The notes: generated by a model not told the origin, from the letters alone. A stretch of DNA of 64,000 bases from Elusimicrobiota bacterium (GCA_043811535.1 JBDRNC010000018.1:108455-172454), one strand, 5' to 3'. Positions 47,426 through 58,245 are shown, numbered from the stretch's first letter. Program-made: numbers and translations.

Positions 47426-47524
47426 CGACCTCCCTTGATGTCAATTAAACCGAAGTGCCTAGTATAGGTACGACCTCCCTTGATGTCAATTAAACCGAAG
47501 TGCCTAGTATAGGTACGACCTCCC
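47425..47524 (-). promoter_or_regulatory. Tandem 45-bp direct repeat (2.2 copies) whose junctions form a consensus sigma70 promoter TTGACA-N17-TATACT upstream of the TPP riboswitch
   Basis: Unit ACGACCTCCCTTGATGTCAATTAAACCGAAGTGCCTAGTATAGGT is repeated exactly. On the minus strand each junction reads TTGACAtcaagggaggtcgtaccTATACT. Confidence 0.65.
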
Positions 47525-47597
47525 ACTTTTGCATATTATACTATAAATACAGCAATCAATTAACAATTAGGAGCAAATTAATGATTATTAAGCACTG

Positions 47598-48191
47598 TTA
47601 ATTGTTTTCTTCTTCCAGCTGCAGGGCTATTGCGGCGATTAGTTTCGGTATTCCCCAATTTTTCTCCGCGCTTACCCAGTGGATATCTTCGGCCCGCACG
47701 CCCAACTCATTGGCAACTTTTCCGCGCTGGCTGTCCTGCGCGCTCTTTGAGACTTTATCCGTTTTGTTTGCCACTATGGTAAAAGGTATGGCATTTGTCA
47801 CCAGCCAATCCGTCATACTTTTATCAAGCTTTGTTGGCCCGACTTCCGCGTCAATGATAATATAAACCATCCGCAGATTAGGACGGGTTGTCAGATAACC
47901 CTCTATCATGGCGGGCCAGGCGCTCCGCTCCGACGCGGGACCCGTGGCATAGCCGTATCCCGGCAGATCTACCAGCCACCGGCCCTGACCGGCGCCGAAC
48001 ACATTTATTGTGCGTGTTTTGCCGGGTATCTGCGACGTATAGGCGAGTTTTTTGCGGCGGCACACGGCGTTGATGACAGAACTTTTGCCCACGTTGGAAC
48101 GGCCGACAAAGGCGACCTCGGAAACGCTCTCTTCGAGAGCCGCCGAATCCACGACAGTCTTTAAATATTTTATATCGCTAAACTTCATCAA
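47598..48191 (-). CDS. engB: Ribosome biogenesis GTPase YsxC/EngB
   Basis: G1 motif GRSNVGKSS, plus G3 and G4 motifs. Confidence 0.85.
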   Translation of the reverse strand: MMKFSDIKYLKTVVDSAALEESVSEVAFVGRSNVGKSSVINAVCRRKKLAYTSQIPGKTRTINVFGAGQGRWLVDLPGYGYATGPASERSAWPAMIEGYLTTRPNLRMVYIIIDAEVGPTKLDKSMTDWLVTNAIPFTIVANKTDKVSKSAQDSQRGKVANELGVRAEDIHWVSAEKNWGIPKLIAAIALQLEEENN

Positions 48192-48218
48192 ATGGCCTCA
48201 ATTTCCTGCAATAAATAT

Positions 48219-48497
48219 TCACCCGTGGTACGCCTTGCTGTTTTTATGCCTGAATTCGACGAAAATCCTGCCGTAATTCCTGGCATCCTTCTTTACCCTG
48301 AAATAAAGGCATTCTATTTCCGGCCTTTCAAGGAACATCAGGACATGTTTCTTAAGCTGCCCGCTGCCCTTGCCCGAGATGATTTCAACCAAAGGTATCC
48401 TTTTCTCAACCGCGTCGCTGATAACCTTGTTGAGAGCGGCTTCTATTTCCCCGCCCTTTTTGTATATCGAATGCAAGTCCAATTTCAGTTTTGCCAT
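48219..48497 (-). CDS. Smr domain protein
   Basis: LDLHS...IISGKGSGQLKKHV, a Smr-like fold. Confidence 0.6.
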   Translation of the reverse strand: MAKLKLDLHSIYKKGGEIEAALNKVISDAVEKRIPLVEIISGKGSGQLKKHVLMFLERPEIECLYFRVKKDARNYGRIFVEFRHKNSKAYHG

Positions 48498-48550
48498 ACT
48501 TTTAATGATCCTCTACCCACTATGCCGGGTGTGATTGTTAAGTTTATCAG

Positions 48551-48772
48551 TTATCTGGTTATCAGATCAACGTACAAGTCTTCAACTTTTTTTCTTGCCC
48601 AGGGGGTTTTCCTGAGGAATGTCAGACTGGACTTGATGCTGGGATTCATATTAAAACACTTTATCCTGATCCTGCCGCCGAGTTCCTTGAATCCGTAATG
48701 AGCTACCAACCGCTCAAGTATCATCAACAATGTTACCCCGTGAAGAGGGTCTTTTGATTTTATATCGGTCAT
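48551..48772 (-). CDS. DUF2132 (VF530-like) small putative nucleic-acid-binding protein
   Basis: [60 protein letters not shown] matches the VF530 family. The long upstream extension in the track overlaps czcA and is rejected. Confidence 0.55.
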   Translation of the reverse strand: MTDIKSKDPLHGVTLLMILERLVAHYGFKELGGRIRIKCFNMNPSIKSSLTFLRKTPWARKKVEDLYVDLITR

Positions 48773-48804
48773 TTCAAGGCTTCCTTTCATGACAAGCGCA
48801 AGAT

Positions 48805-51800
48805 TTATTTGTTTATTATCTCTTTTTTCTTCCAGAGGAAATACACCGCGGGGTAAACAAGGAGTTCCATCAGGAAAGACGTGAATATGCCTCCAACCAA
48901 AGGGGCCGCTATGCGTTTCATCACGTCGGCGCCTATTTCGTAGCTCTGCGCCCACATGATTGGAAGCAGTCCTATGAACAGAACGGCCGCCGTCATCATT
49001 TTGGGGCGTATCCTCTTCACCGCGCCGTGGTGAACGGCGGATTTCAAGTCATCTATGGTTTTTAACAACCCCTTCTTTTTCATCTCGTCATGCGACAGGT
49101 CGAGATACAGAAGCATGAATATCCCGGTTTCGGCGTCCACGCCGAGAAGCGCAATGATACCCGACCAAACGCCGATTGACATGTTGTATCCCAGCAGAAC
49201 CAGTATCCAAACTGCACCTATCAGCGAGAACGGCACCGCGAGAAGTATTATAAACGTCTTGGCGTATGATTTTGTGTTAAGATAGATGAGAATGAATATT
49301 ATGAAGAGCGTCAGAGGTATTACTGTTTTCATGCGCTCATTGACCCGTTCCATAAACTCGAACTGTCCGCTGAACTGGATGGAATACCCGGAAGGCAGTT
49401 CGACTTCCTTTTTTATCATCGCCTTCGCATCGTCAACGTAACTGCCCACATCCCTGTCCGCCACGTCTACGTAGACATATCCGGCCAGCCGGCCGTTCTC
49501 ATCGCGTATCATGCCCGGCCCGGTCTCTTTTCTTATTTCGGCGACCTGCGAAAGCGGTATCTGGGCTCCCGAAGGTGTCGCTATGTACATCCTCTTTATC
49601 TTATCTATGTCGTTCCTTAATTCTCTGGGATAGCGCACGTTGACCGGGAACCTTTCCCTGCCTTCCACTGTCTGCGTAACGTTCTCCCCGCCTATCGCCG
49701 CCATTATGTTCATCCCGACATCTTCCACCGAGAGCCCGTATCTGGCCAGGGCGTCCCTGTTAAGGTCGAAATTAATGAAATACCCGCCGGCGGTCCGCTC
49801 GGCGAAGGCGCTCCTGGTGCCCTTGACCATCGCCAGGTGCGATTCTATCTCTTTCCCTATTTTTTCTATCACCGACAGGTCGTCGCCGTATATCTTAATC
49901 CCTACAGGCGTCCTGACGCCTGTTGTCAGCATGTCTATCCTGCCTTTTATAGGCATCGTCCACGCGTTGACGACTCCGGGCAGTTTCAGCTTGGCGTCCA
50001 TCTCGGAAATCAGCTCTTCCCAGCTTATCCTGTCGGGCCATACCATGCGGAACGGGCCTTCCATGAAATCCGGGAGGAAGCTGTACCACCTGTCCTTGCG
50101 CCGCCACTCGTTCTGCGGCTTGAGCAATACTGTGGTTTCCATCATCGAAAGCGGCGCCGGGTCAGTGGACGTCTCGGCCCTTCCGGCCTTGCCGAACACG
50201 CTTATCACTTCGGGGAAGGATTTCAGGAGCTTATCCTGCGCCTGCAGGAGTTCCGCCGCCTGGCTTATTGAGATGCCGGGTAATGTCGTGGGCATGTAGA
50301 GTATGGACCCCTCGTTAAGCGGAGGCATAAACTCTTTCCCAAGCATGAAGTAAGCCGGTATGGTCAGCATAAAAGCCAGCACCGCTCCGAAAATAACTTT
50401 GTATGGATGCCTGAGCACGGCATCTACCACCGGCCCGTATATTTTGAACAGGAACCTGGATATGGGATGATTTTCTTCGGAGTGTATCTTGCCCACAAAA
50501 ACGGCATTGAAGAGTTTCGAGAGCCAACCGGGTTTGAAAATGAAACCTTTGCTGCGTATAAGCAGGGTCATTATCGCCGGAACCAGCGTGACGGTGAGCA
50601 AGGCGGAGAAGAACATGGCGAAATTCTTGGTGAAAGCGAGCGGTTTGAAGAGCCGCCCCTCTATGCCCTCGAGCGTGAATATCGGTATGAAGGCGACCGC
50701 TATCACGATAAGCGAGAAGAAAGACGGCCTTGCCACTTCCTTGATGGAATTTATGAGAACTTCCGAAAAGCTCCCCTTGCCGCCTTCTTCCCTCCAGCGC
50801 GCGATGGACTTGTGCGCGTTCTCCACGATGACGATGGCGGCGTCCACCATTGCGCCGATAGCGATGGCTATCCCCCCGAGCGACATCACGTTTGATGTCA
50901 GCTTCATGTAGTGCATGGGTATGAACGCGAGCAGTACGGCTATCGGAAGAGTGACAATTGGTATCACGGCGGAAGGGAAATGCAGAAGGAATATAAGGAT
51001 AACCAGGGAAACGACGATCATTTCCTCGATAAGTTTCTTCTTGAGCGTATCCACTGCCCTATTGATGAGTTCAGAGCGGTCGTAGACCGGCACAACCTTC
51101 ACGCCGTCCGGAAGCTGGATCTGCGAAAGCCTTTCCTTGACGCGCCCGATTGTGTTGAGCGCGTTCTCGCCATAACGCATCACGACGATCCCGCCGACGA
51201 CCTCGCCGCTGCCGTCAAGCTCGGCGACGCCTCTCCTGATCTCCGGCCCCATCTCAACTTTCGCCACGTCCTTTATCTTCACGGGCACGCCGTTGCTCAC
51301 TTTAAGCACGGCCTGCTCTATATCTTCCTTTTTCGTTATGTATCCCTTGACCGTAAGCATGTACTCCGTTCCGGAAAATTCGATCACGCGCGCGCCCGTT
51401 TCCTGGTTCGCGCTCTTGACGGCTTTAACAACGGATGAAAGGGGTATTTTGAACTGCTGGAGGGCGTTAGGGTCCACAACGACCTGATATTGCTTGACAT
51501 ATCCGCCGATAGTGGCAACTTCGGAGACGCCCTTAACCGACTGAAGCGCGTACTTCAGGTGCCAGTCCTGGAAAGTCCTGAGTTCGTCAAGGGAATGCTT
51601 GCCCGATTCATCAACAAGGGCGTACTGGTAAATCCAGCCCACACCGGTGGCGTCGGGGCCGATCTCCACGTTCGCCTCTCTGGGCAACTGCTGAGTGACC
51701 TTGGAAAGATATTCAAGCACCCGCGAGCGCGCCCAGTAGATATCCGTGCCGTCTTCAAAGACAATATAGACATAAGAAAAACCGTAATCGGAAAACGCGC

Positions 51801-52044
51801 GGATATCCTTGACTTTAGGCGCGCCGAGCAGGGCGCTGACTATAGGGTATGTGACCTGGTCCTCTATGACCTGCGGGGGCTTGTCCCATTTGGCATAGAC
51901 TATTACCTGCGTGTCGGATAGGTCAGGTATGGCGTCAAGCGGTATATTTTTTACGGACCACACCGCCCAGGCCGTCATGAATATGACGCCCATTAAAACG
52001 AAAAACTTATTCTTAGCCGACCATTCAATAATGCGTTCTATCAT
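48805..52044 (-). CDS. czcA: Heavy-metal efflux RND permease (CzcA/CusA, HME family)
   Basis: 1079 aa with 12 TM helices, two large periplasmic loops and HME-type motifs. Confidence 0.9.
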   Translation of the reverse strand: MIERIIEWSAKNKFFVLMGVIFMTAWAVWSVKNIPLDAIPDLSDTQVIVYAKWDKPPQVIEDQVTYPIVSALLGAPKVKDIRAFSDYGFSYVYIVFEDGTDIYWARSRVLEYLSKVTQQLPREANVEIGPDATGVGWIYQYALVDESGKHSLDELRTFQDWHLKYALQSVKGVSEVATIGGYVKQYQVVVDPNALQQFKIPLSSVVKAVKSANQETGARVIEFSGTEYMLTVKGYITKKEDIEQAVLKVSNGVPVKIKDVAKVEMGPEIRRGVAELDGSGEVVGGIVVMRYGENALNTIGRVKERLSQIQLPDGVKVVPVYDRSELINRAVDTLKKKLIEEMIVVSLVILIFLLHFPSAVIPIVTLPIAVLLAFIPMHYMKLTSNVMSLGGIAIAIGAMVDAAIVIVENAHKSIARWREEGGKGSFSEVLINSIKEVARPSFFSLIVIAVAFIPIFTLEGIEGRLFKPLAFTKNFAMFFSALLTVTLVPAIMTLLIRSKGFIFKPGWLSKLFNAVFVGKIHSEENHPISRFLFKIYGPVVDAVLRHPYKVIFGAVLAFMLTIPAYFMLGKEFMPPLNEGSILYMPTTLPGISISQAAELLQAQDKLLKSFPEVISVFGKAGRAETSTDPAPLSMMETTVLLKPQNEWRRKDRWYSFLPDFMEGPFRMVWPDRISWEELISEMDAKLKLPGVVNAWTMPIKGRIDMLTTGVRTPVGIKIYGDDLSVIEKIGKEIESHLAMVKGTRSAFAERTAGGYFINFDLNRDALARYGLSVEDVGMNIMAAIGGENVTQTVEGRERFPVNVRYPRELRNDIDKIKRMYIATPSGAQIPLSQVAEIRKETGPGMIRDENGRLAGYVYVDVADRDVGSYVDDAKAMIKKEVELPSGYSIQFSGQFEFMERVNERMKTVIPLTLFIIFILIYLNTKSYAKTFIILLAVPFSLIGAVWILVLLGYNMSIGVWSGIIALLGVDAETGIFMLLYLDLSHDEMKKKGLLKTIDDLKSAVHHGAVKRIRPKMMTAAVLFIGLLPIMWAQSYEIGADVMKRIAAPLVGGIFTSFLMELLVYPAVYFLWKKKEIINK

Positions 52045-52244
52045 AATATATACCGTATCTCGTATATCCTGTCGGGTACTTAGATTTAATTATACTAATG
52101 TTGGTCGTCTCGTATCTAGTATTTGGTATTTAGTTAACGACTATATTTTGACAACACGGGCAAGGGCCATGGGTCAAGGTTTAAACCGTCATTGCGCCCG
52201 CTCTCAAAGAGGGAACGAAGTAAAACAATCTTTCTATATGAATC

Positions 52245-52886
52245 CTATTTTATTTTTATTGTTTTTATAGTTTTTTCCTTAAACCCGTCAAAACCTTTTA
52301 TTGTTATTTTATCTGCTGAATCTAATACTTTAAAGTCAATATTATTTGAATATTTCTCATCAAACTCTTCAGTCCACAATAATTTTGATAATTTCACATC
52401 GTACAATGACAGTATTGATCCTCTTCCTAATTCACTAATTAAATAGTATTTCCCATCTCTTGAAATCGCAGTTTTTTTTATGTATTTAAAGTGCTCCTTA
52501 TTTTTATCAATAGCTATATTGCCTATTAATCCGCCATCCTTGCCATAAAAAGATAAACCTGCGTACCCGCCTTCGTCATACCAACCCCAGTTTGCCATGG
52601 CTATATACTTTCCATTATCCGAAATATTAACTTTGCCGGGTGTAGCTGGAATTTCTTTGCTCCACAATATTTTATCTCCCTTTTTAAAAGTACATATTGA
52701 CGGGGTACATATTGACGAGCTTCTGTCTGGATAACCCAATATTTTTATATCTATACTATATCGCTTATTTTCAGATGTGAAGGTATCAATTGACCCTACA
52801 TCTCGGACTGTCGCTTCTGCAAATGCATGCTTAAAAAAAGTTGTAACGAAACAAAGTATCAGCAAAAATAATACTTTTTGCCTCAT
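52245..52886 (-). CDS. Hypothetical secreted protein in an AT-rich insertion
   Basis: Start at MRQKVLFLLILCFVTTFFKHAFA (AAGGAGG upstream). GC is markedly lower than in the flanking DNA. No known domain. Confidence 0.5.
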   Translation of the reverse strand: MRQKVLFLLILCFVTTFFKHAFAEATVRDVGSIDTFTSENKRYSIDIKILGYPDRSSSICTPSICTFKKGDKILWSKEIPATPGKVNISDNGKYIAMANWGWYDEGGYAGLSFYGKDGGLIGNIAIDKNKEHFKYIKKTAISRDGKYYLISELGRGSILSLYDVKLSKLLWTEEFDEKYSNNIDFKVLDSADKITIKGFDGFKEKTIKTIKIK

Positions 52887-53002
52887 ACTATTCATCCTCC
52901 TTAGAAATCCTGACGACACATCTTAATTGTTCAATTTTGAGTCAATATGTATCTTCTGTCTATTTTAGGCAAAATAATTAGATTCCCGATAAACCGGGAT
53001 AG

Positions 53003-53500
53003 TTATTTATGTTTATCTTTCAGCCTTTCGCGCATCAATGTAAATACCGCTCTAAAATTATCATCGTGCACCATGACTTTTTTCTCAATATCATCAAGTC
53101 TTCTCGCGGTTGTTTTATAACTGGGCAGTAACTCCCTGAATTTTACAAATGCCCTCATTATGCCGATATTCACCTGAATCGCTCTTTCGCTCTTCAGTAC
53201 GCTTGAAAGCATAGCTACCCCTTCCTGAGTAAATACATACGGCATTTGATATGAATATTCAAGGGGTTTTAGGTGGTCACAATTTGTGACCACCTCTTTC
53301 AGTTCATCCCTCGTCAATTGAAACATGAAGTCATCCGGAAACCTTCTGATATTCCTTTTCACTGATTGATTCAAGACTTTCGTCTTTACGCCGTACAAAC
53401 CCGCCAAATCCCTGTCAATCATTACCCTCTGCCCGCGTATAAGAAGTATTTTTGTGTGTAATACTTCATCGTTTACCACCATGATCTCTGCTTTCGACAT
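53003..53500 (-). CDS. ORF6N domain protein (phage/mobile-element associated DNA-binding family)
   Basis: IRGQRVMIDRDLAGLYGVKTKVLNQSVKRNIRRFPDDFMFQLTRDE matches the ORF6N family. Confidence 0.65.
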   Translation of the reverse strand: MSKAEIMVVNDEVLHTKILLIRGQRVMIDRDLAGLYGVKTKVLNQSVKRNIRRFPDDFMFQLTRDELKEVVTNCDHLKPLEYSYQMPYVFTQEGVAMLSSVLKSERAIQVNIGIMRAFVKFRELLPSYKTTARRLDDIEKKVMVHDDNFRAVFTLMRERLKDKHK

Positions 53501-53633
53501 ATACCCCCCATTTAACAGTATATTTGTAATTTCTAGTTTCGAGTTTACTTTACGATAGATTCTTCGCTTTGCTCAGAATGACATCTTTTTTGTCTTTCAC
53601 GAGATACGAGATGCGAGTCCCGAACGACGTTTT

Positions 53634-54881
53634 TTATTCGTGCTCCATTCCCGGCATGTTGTCCATGCCGCCGCCCGCACCGCCGGACCGGAGCTGGCTT
53701 TCAGAGTCAAGCATGAAATTGCCGTTGGTCACGACACGGTCTCCTATCTTCAGGCCGTCCTTGATCTCGACATAGTCATCCCCCGCAAAACCAGTCCTTA
53801 CATCAACAGGTTCGTATTCTCCGTTGCCGTAATCAAGATATACTACTTTCCTCACGCCGGTATCTATGAGGGCCGTCTTAGGCACGGCGATAAGGTTCCC
53901 TCCGGAAATCTTAATCTCCACATTGGCGAACATTTCAAGTTTCAAAAGGTTTCTCGTATTGTCCACGATTATCCTTGCTTTCGCGGAACGCGTTTCGGGA
54001 TTGAGGGAAGGTTCCACAAGCACGACTTTACCGTAAAATCTTACTGAAGGATAGGTATCTGTCACTACAGTGACATTCCTGCCGGGTTTGACGGACTGCA
54101 GGTCGTTCTCGTAGACGTCGGCAAAAAGCCATGCCTCGGAACCGGGAAAGAGGAGCGTTTTGTCGGGTTGTTTTCGTTTTTCAAGAGCCTTGATGTCCTT
54201 ATCCGTGTACCCGAAAAGCGTCAGGCGGAACTTCGTGGCATCCAGCAGATCGCTGGTCGTTTCACCCTGTTCCCTTAGGCTCTTGTAAGTAAGTATGTAT
54301 TCCTGCTGGGTCAGGTACAGGTCGTTGTCGTACGCGACTCTCGCGGGCAGGCGGAAGCTTTTATCCACACGCATCACGCGCACCGAACTGCTCTTAAGAC
54401 CCAGCAGTTTTCCTGTTTTCTGGTCGACGGCTATTTTATTCCCTTCCTTTTTGTATACAGGAACCAGGTCCATGCTGCATATGGGGCATTGCCCGGGGTC
54501 GTGTTCCTTGACCTGCGGATGCATCGGGCAGGTCCAATAGACTATTTCCTTGTCGTCCGTTCCCGCGCTCATATCCTTCATGTCTTTCATATTCCCCGTA
54601 TCTTTCGTGTCTTTCATATTCTGCATATCATGGCTCGTCATGACGCCGAGTTTCTTCTCGAAATCCGCCGAGCAGTCCGGGCAGCAGAGAAAATACGTCT
54701 TGCCTTTGTAATCCACCGCCATAGTTTCCTTTTCGACAGTGAATACGTTATTAGTCACCGGGCAGACCGCCTGCATGCCTATCTCTGCTTTTTCCGCAGG
54801 CCTGAGGTTGTAGCTGCTGTTCTTTGAGCATGCCGAAATCAAAAGAAAAACCAGTGTCAGCGATAAAATGATTTTTTTCAC
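53634..54881 (-). CDS. czcB: Heavy-metal efflux RND periplasmic adaptor (CzcB/CusB-like lipoprotein with N-terminal metal-binding zinc-ribbon module)
   Basis: GTG start 7 nt after AAGGAG gives MKKIILSLTLVFLLISAC (lipobox). YWTCPMHPQVKEHDPGQCPICSMDLVPV metal-binding module, then membrane-fusion-protein barrel-sandwich domains. Confidence 0.8.
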   Translation of the reverse strand: MKKIILSLTLVFLLISACSKNSSYNLRPAEKAEIGMQAVCPVTNNVFTVEKETMAVDYKGKTYFLCCPDCSADFEKKLGVMTSHDMQNMKDTKDTGNMKDMKDMSAGTDDKEIVYWTCPMHPQVKEHDPGQCPICSMDLVPVYKKEGNKIAVDQKTGKLLGLKSSSVRVMRVDKSFRLPARVAYDNDLYLTQQEYILTYKSLREQGETTSDLLDATKFRLTLFGYTDKDIKALEKRKQPDKTLLFPGSEAWLFADVYENDLQSVKPGRNVTVVTDTYPSVRFYGKVVLVEPSLNPETRSAKARIIVDNTRNLLKLEMFANVEIKISGGNLIAVPKTALIDTGVRKVVYLDYGNGEYEPVDVRTGFAGDDYVEIKDGLKIGDRVVTNGNFMLDSESQLRSGGAGGGMDNMPGMEHE

Positions 54882-54959
54882 GATGCGACTCCTTTGGCGG
54901 AAGGGCCGCCGCCATTCCCGCATAAGACATGCGCCCGATGCGGGAAAGATATAGGCGGA

Positions 54960-55571
54960 TTATGGATTGAAATGTTTCTTCTTGTATCCTTCAAGCAGTT
55001 CCAGGGATTTATCTTTGCACTTGCCGCAGACGGTGCCGATCTTCGTCCGTTCCTGCAGTTCGGCGTAAGTCCTGGCGCCCTCCAGCACGGCGTTCTCAAT
55101 TTCTTCATCGGTTATGCCCATGCACTGGCAGATAATATGGGATTTCTGCTGTTTGACCTTGTCTAATTTGCCTATTCGGGTGTAGTAATCGTCTATCGCG
55201 GCCCTGAGGGCTTTGTCGCCTAATACGGAACAGTGAATCTTGTGCTCGGGCAGGCCGTCAAGCGCCTTGGCGATATCCTTTGAAGTCAGCCCGTAGGCCT
55301 CGTCAAGCTTTTTGCCTTTGGCTATCTCGGAAAGCACGGAAGTGCTGGCTATGGCGCTCGCGCAGCCGTAGGTTTTCCACCTGATATCCTTTATCGTTTC
55401 TTTCTCTTTATCAACCTTGATGAGCACTATCATCTCGTCGCCGCACTTGATATTGCCTACGGTGCCCTTGCCGTCTTCAATGAAGTCCTCGTTATCCTGA
55501 AGGACGTTCTTTGGATTCATGAAATGCTGTTTAAGTTTTTCGGAATAAGCCCACGCGGGACCGGATGTCAT
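54960..55571 (-). CDS. nifU: NifU-type Fe-S cluster scaffold (IscU-like N-domain plus BFD-like [2Fe-2S] domain)
   Basis: GNIKCGDEM, KTYGCASAIASTS, HCSVLGDKAL, then ICQCMG...CGKCK. Start at MTSGPAW (GGAG 6 nt upstream). Confidence 0.8.
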   Translation of the reverse strand: MTSGPAWAYSEKLKQHFMNPKNVLQDNEDFIEDGKGTVGNIKCGDEMIVLIKVDKEKETIKDIRWKTYGCASAIASTSVLSEIAKGKKLDEAYGLTSKDIAKALDGLPEHKIHCSVLGDKALRAAIDDYYTRIGKLDKVKQQKSHIICQCMGITDEEIENAVLEGARTYAELQERTKIGTVCGKCKDKSLELLEGYKKKHFNP

Positions 55572-55661
55572 GCCAAACTCCTTTATGAACGATAGATGGT
55601 AAACGGGAGAAAGTAGATGGAAAAACAAATTAAAATCCGTTTCCCTTCTACCGTTTTTCTT

Positions 55662-56846
55662 CTACCTCGTTTTATATGCGCTCGACATCTTCCTGACCTT
55701 TGCTATTATCTCTATAAGGTTTTTAAGCGTGTAATCTATGTCTTTTTCGGTCGTGTCCCTGCCCAGGCTCATCCTTATGGAACCGTGGGCCTGTTCGGCC
55801 TCGAGCCCCATAGCAAGCAGTACATGCGACGGGGCAAGCGAACCTGACGCGCAGGCCGAGCCGGTTGAAACCGCTATTCCCGCGAGGTCAAGATAAAGCA
55901 GTATCGCTTCGCCTTCCGCGCCCAGGAAAGAAACGTTCAGCGTGCCGGTGAGACAGTCAGTCGGGTGCCCGTTGAATTGGATGTCCGGTATATTTTTCCG
56001 GATGTCTTCCTTAAGCCGGTTCTTAAGCTGTAATAGCCGGGTATGCTCCGCCGTCATTTCCTTCTTTCTCATTTCGACGGCCTTTCCCACGCCGATTATC
56101 CCGAGAGTGTTCTCCGTGCCCGCGCGCCTGCCTTTTTCCTGGTGCCCGCCCCTGATGAAAGGACAGAACGGTGTGCCCTTTTTCACGAAAAGCACTCCGA
56201 TGCCTTTCGGACCGTATATCTTATGCCCCGAAAAAGAAAGATAATCTATGTTGAGTTCGTTGACATCCACAGGTATCTTGCCTACCGCCTGAACGGCATC
56301 CGTGTGGAAAAGCGCGCCCTTCTTATGAACAATCTCGCTTATTTTTTTAATATCCTGTATCGTGCCTATCTCGTTATTGGCGGCCATGACGGAAACAATG
56401 GCAGTGTCATCCGATATGGCCTTCTCAAGTTCATTGAGGTCTATCTTGCCGTGCTTGTCCACGCCGAGATATTTCACCGATTCGCCTTTCTGAAGGAGGC
56501 ACGCGGCGGTTTCAAGCACGCAGGGATGCTCAATTTTTGTCGTAATTATTTCTTTTCTCTTACCGACCGGGCAATCGCATCCGTGCGACGGGCAGCTGAG
56601 CGTATTGAGTATCGTGTTATTGGCTTCGGAACCGCTGCCGACAAAAATAACTTCATCCGGCTTCGCGCCTATGAAGGCCGCCGTGATTTCCCTGGCATTC
56701 TCAACAAGGGTCCGGGCTTCCCTGCCGAAACCGTGCATGCTCGAAGGATTGCCGAACACATCCATCGCCGCAGTCATCGTCTTTTTAACCTCGGGATGAA
56801 GGGGAGTAGTGGCATTATGATCGAGATAGATCCTACGTTTAGTCAT
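55662..56846 (-). CDS. nifS: Cysteine desulfurase (NifS/IscS)
   Basis: PLP-lysine region SFSGHKIYGPKGIGVLF and the catalytic loop SSGSACASGS. Confidence 0.85.
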   Translation of the reverse strand: MTKRRIYLDHNATTPLHPEVKKTMTAAMDVFGNPSSMHGFGREARTLVENAREITAAFIGAKPDEVIFVGSGSEANNTILNTLSCPSHGCDCPVGKRKEIITTKIEHPCVLETAACLLQKGESVKYLGVDKHGKIDLNELEKAISDDTAIVSVMAANNEIGTIQDIKKISEIVHKKGALFHTDAVQAVGKIPVDVNELNIDYLSFSGHKIYGPKGIGVLFVKKGTPFCPFIRGGHQEKGRRAGTENTLGIIGVGKAVEMRKKEMTAEHTRLLQLKNRLKEDIRKNIPDIQFNGHPTDCLTGTLNVSFLGAEGEAILLYLDLAGIAVSTGSACASGSLAPSHVLLAMGLEAEQAHGSIRMSLGRDTTEKDIDYTLKNLIEIIAKVRKMSSAYKTR

Positions 56847-57066
56847 TTCTATCCTCCGTTAGATCGAGACAAATTCAAAATCCAAATGACAAAATATAAC
56901 AACAATTTCAAAGCATAAAACATTTTGGATTTAGATATTTGAATTTATTTTGCGACTTCATTATTATTTTCAATGGAGTCTCCCCGAAAGAGGGACTTCG
57001 GTTAAATAAATAGCAGATGGTCGCATGCGAAGTCGGATCATTTGTGCTTTGTCATTTGAATTTGCA

Positions 57067-58137
57067 CTATTCTATTATCCCGCCTCCATACACACAATCG
57101 TCCTTGTAAAACACGGCCGATTGGCCGGGCGTCACGGCGAACTGCGGCTCGTTAAACTCTATTTCAGCCCTGTCTCCCGAAAATACCACTTCCGCGGGAG
57201 CTTCCTTGTGTAGATATCTTATCCTGACGCTGTATTTTCCGTTTTCTTTATTATTTCCGTAGAAGACAACGTCTTTTATTTCAAAACTTTTCCTGAAAGC
57301 GTCTTCCTTATCCCCTACGGTAATCGTGTTTGTCTTTGCGTCTATGTCCGTTATGTAAAGCGGGCGTTCGGCGGCGATGCCCAACCCTTTTCTCTGCCCG
57401 ATAGTATAGTAGGCAATGCCTCTATGTTTTCCGAGCACATTGCCCGCCATATCTTTTACTTGTCCGGGCTTCGGTTTGACGTTTGAGTCGAGCGCTTCTT
57501 CAAGCCCCTTTTCCGGGATGAAACATATTTCCTGGCTGTCGGGTTTGTCCGATATGGGAAGCTGCAGCTCCCTGGCCATCTTCCTTATTTCGGATTTTTT
57601 ATGCCGAGAAACAGGAAAAAGGACTTTCCTGAGGATTTCCGGATTAACGCGATACAAAAAATACGTCTGGTCCTTTTTCGCGTCTTTCGCCTTCCTTAAT
57701 AGATTGCCGTTATCCCTGTCTATATCGGCGTAATGGCCGGTAGCAAAGTATTCCGCGTCCAGTTCTTCCGCTGTGCGCAGAAGCCCGCCGAATTTCACCT
57801 TCTCGTTGCAGATAACGCAGGGATTCGGCGTCCTGCCCCGGGAGTAATCGCCGAAAAAACTGTCAATGACCTCTTTTCTGAATACTTTGCCGAAATCCAA
57901 CACGTAGTGCCTGATGCCGAGGATATCTGCGACCCTTTTGGCATCGGCGATGCCTTCCGCGCCGCAACAGTTGGGCCTGCCCGCCGTTTTGCCTCTGGCG
58001 GGCTTTGAAGACCCCGAACCATCTACGCCGAGGCACATGGTCACGCCTATGACGTCATAACCCTGTTGTTTCAGCAGCGCCGCGGCAACCGACGAATCAA
58101 CCCCCCCGCTCATTGCGACAACTACCCGCTTATTCAT
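57067..58137 (-). CDS. mnmA: tRNA 2-thiouridine(34) synthase MnmA
   Basis: PP-loop VVVAMSGGVDSSVAA with catalytic Cys residues. Adjacent to nifS/nifU, forming a sulfur relay. Confidence 0.9.
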   Translation of the reverse strand: MNKRVVVAMSGGVDSSVAAALLKQQGYDVIGVTMCLGVDGSGSSKPARGKTAGRPNCCGAEGIADAKRVADILGIRHYVLDFGKVFRKEVIDSFFGDYSRGRTPNPCVICNEKVKFGGLLRTAEELDAEYFATGHYADIDRDNGNLLRKAKDAKKDQTYFLYRVNPEILRKVLFPVSRHKKSEIRKMARELQLPISDKPDSQEICFIPEKGLEEALDSNVKPKPGQVKDMAGNVLGKHRGIAYYTIGQRKGLGIAAERPLYITDIDAKTNTITVGDKEDAFRKSFEIKDVVFYGNNKENGKYSVRIRYLHKEAPAEVVFSGDRAEIEFNEPQFAVTPGQSAVFYKDDCVYGGGIIE

Positions 58138-58148
58138 AACATGACATG

Positions 58149-58245
58149 GATTACACAGATTATTAACAACGATTACACTGATTTATAACAAAGATTACGA
58201 GGATTTCAAACAGAGATTACACTGATATAAATATCTGTGTAATCA
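58149..58245. repeat. Array of phased 13-mers GATTACACWGATT (4 direct copies at 22-bp spacing plus an inverted copy forming a 14-2-14 palindrome) upstream of mnmA
   Basis: Seen directly. The same 13-mer family occurs at nine or more other intergenic loci. Confidence 0.8.

Noticed and set aside
48551-48955. Full 134-aa ORF 48551..48955 as annotated in the track
   Set aside because: 1. The N-terminal 55 aa overlap the 3' end of czcA.
2. The recognisable DUF2132/VF530 homology starts at the internal Met.
3. An SD-like AAGGAAG precedes ATG 48772.
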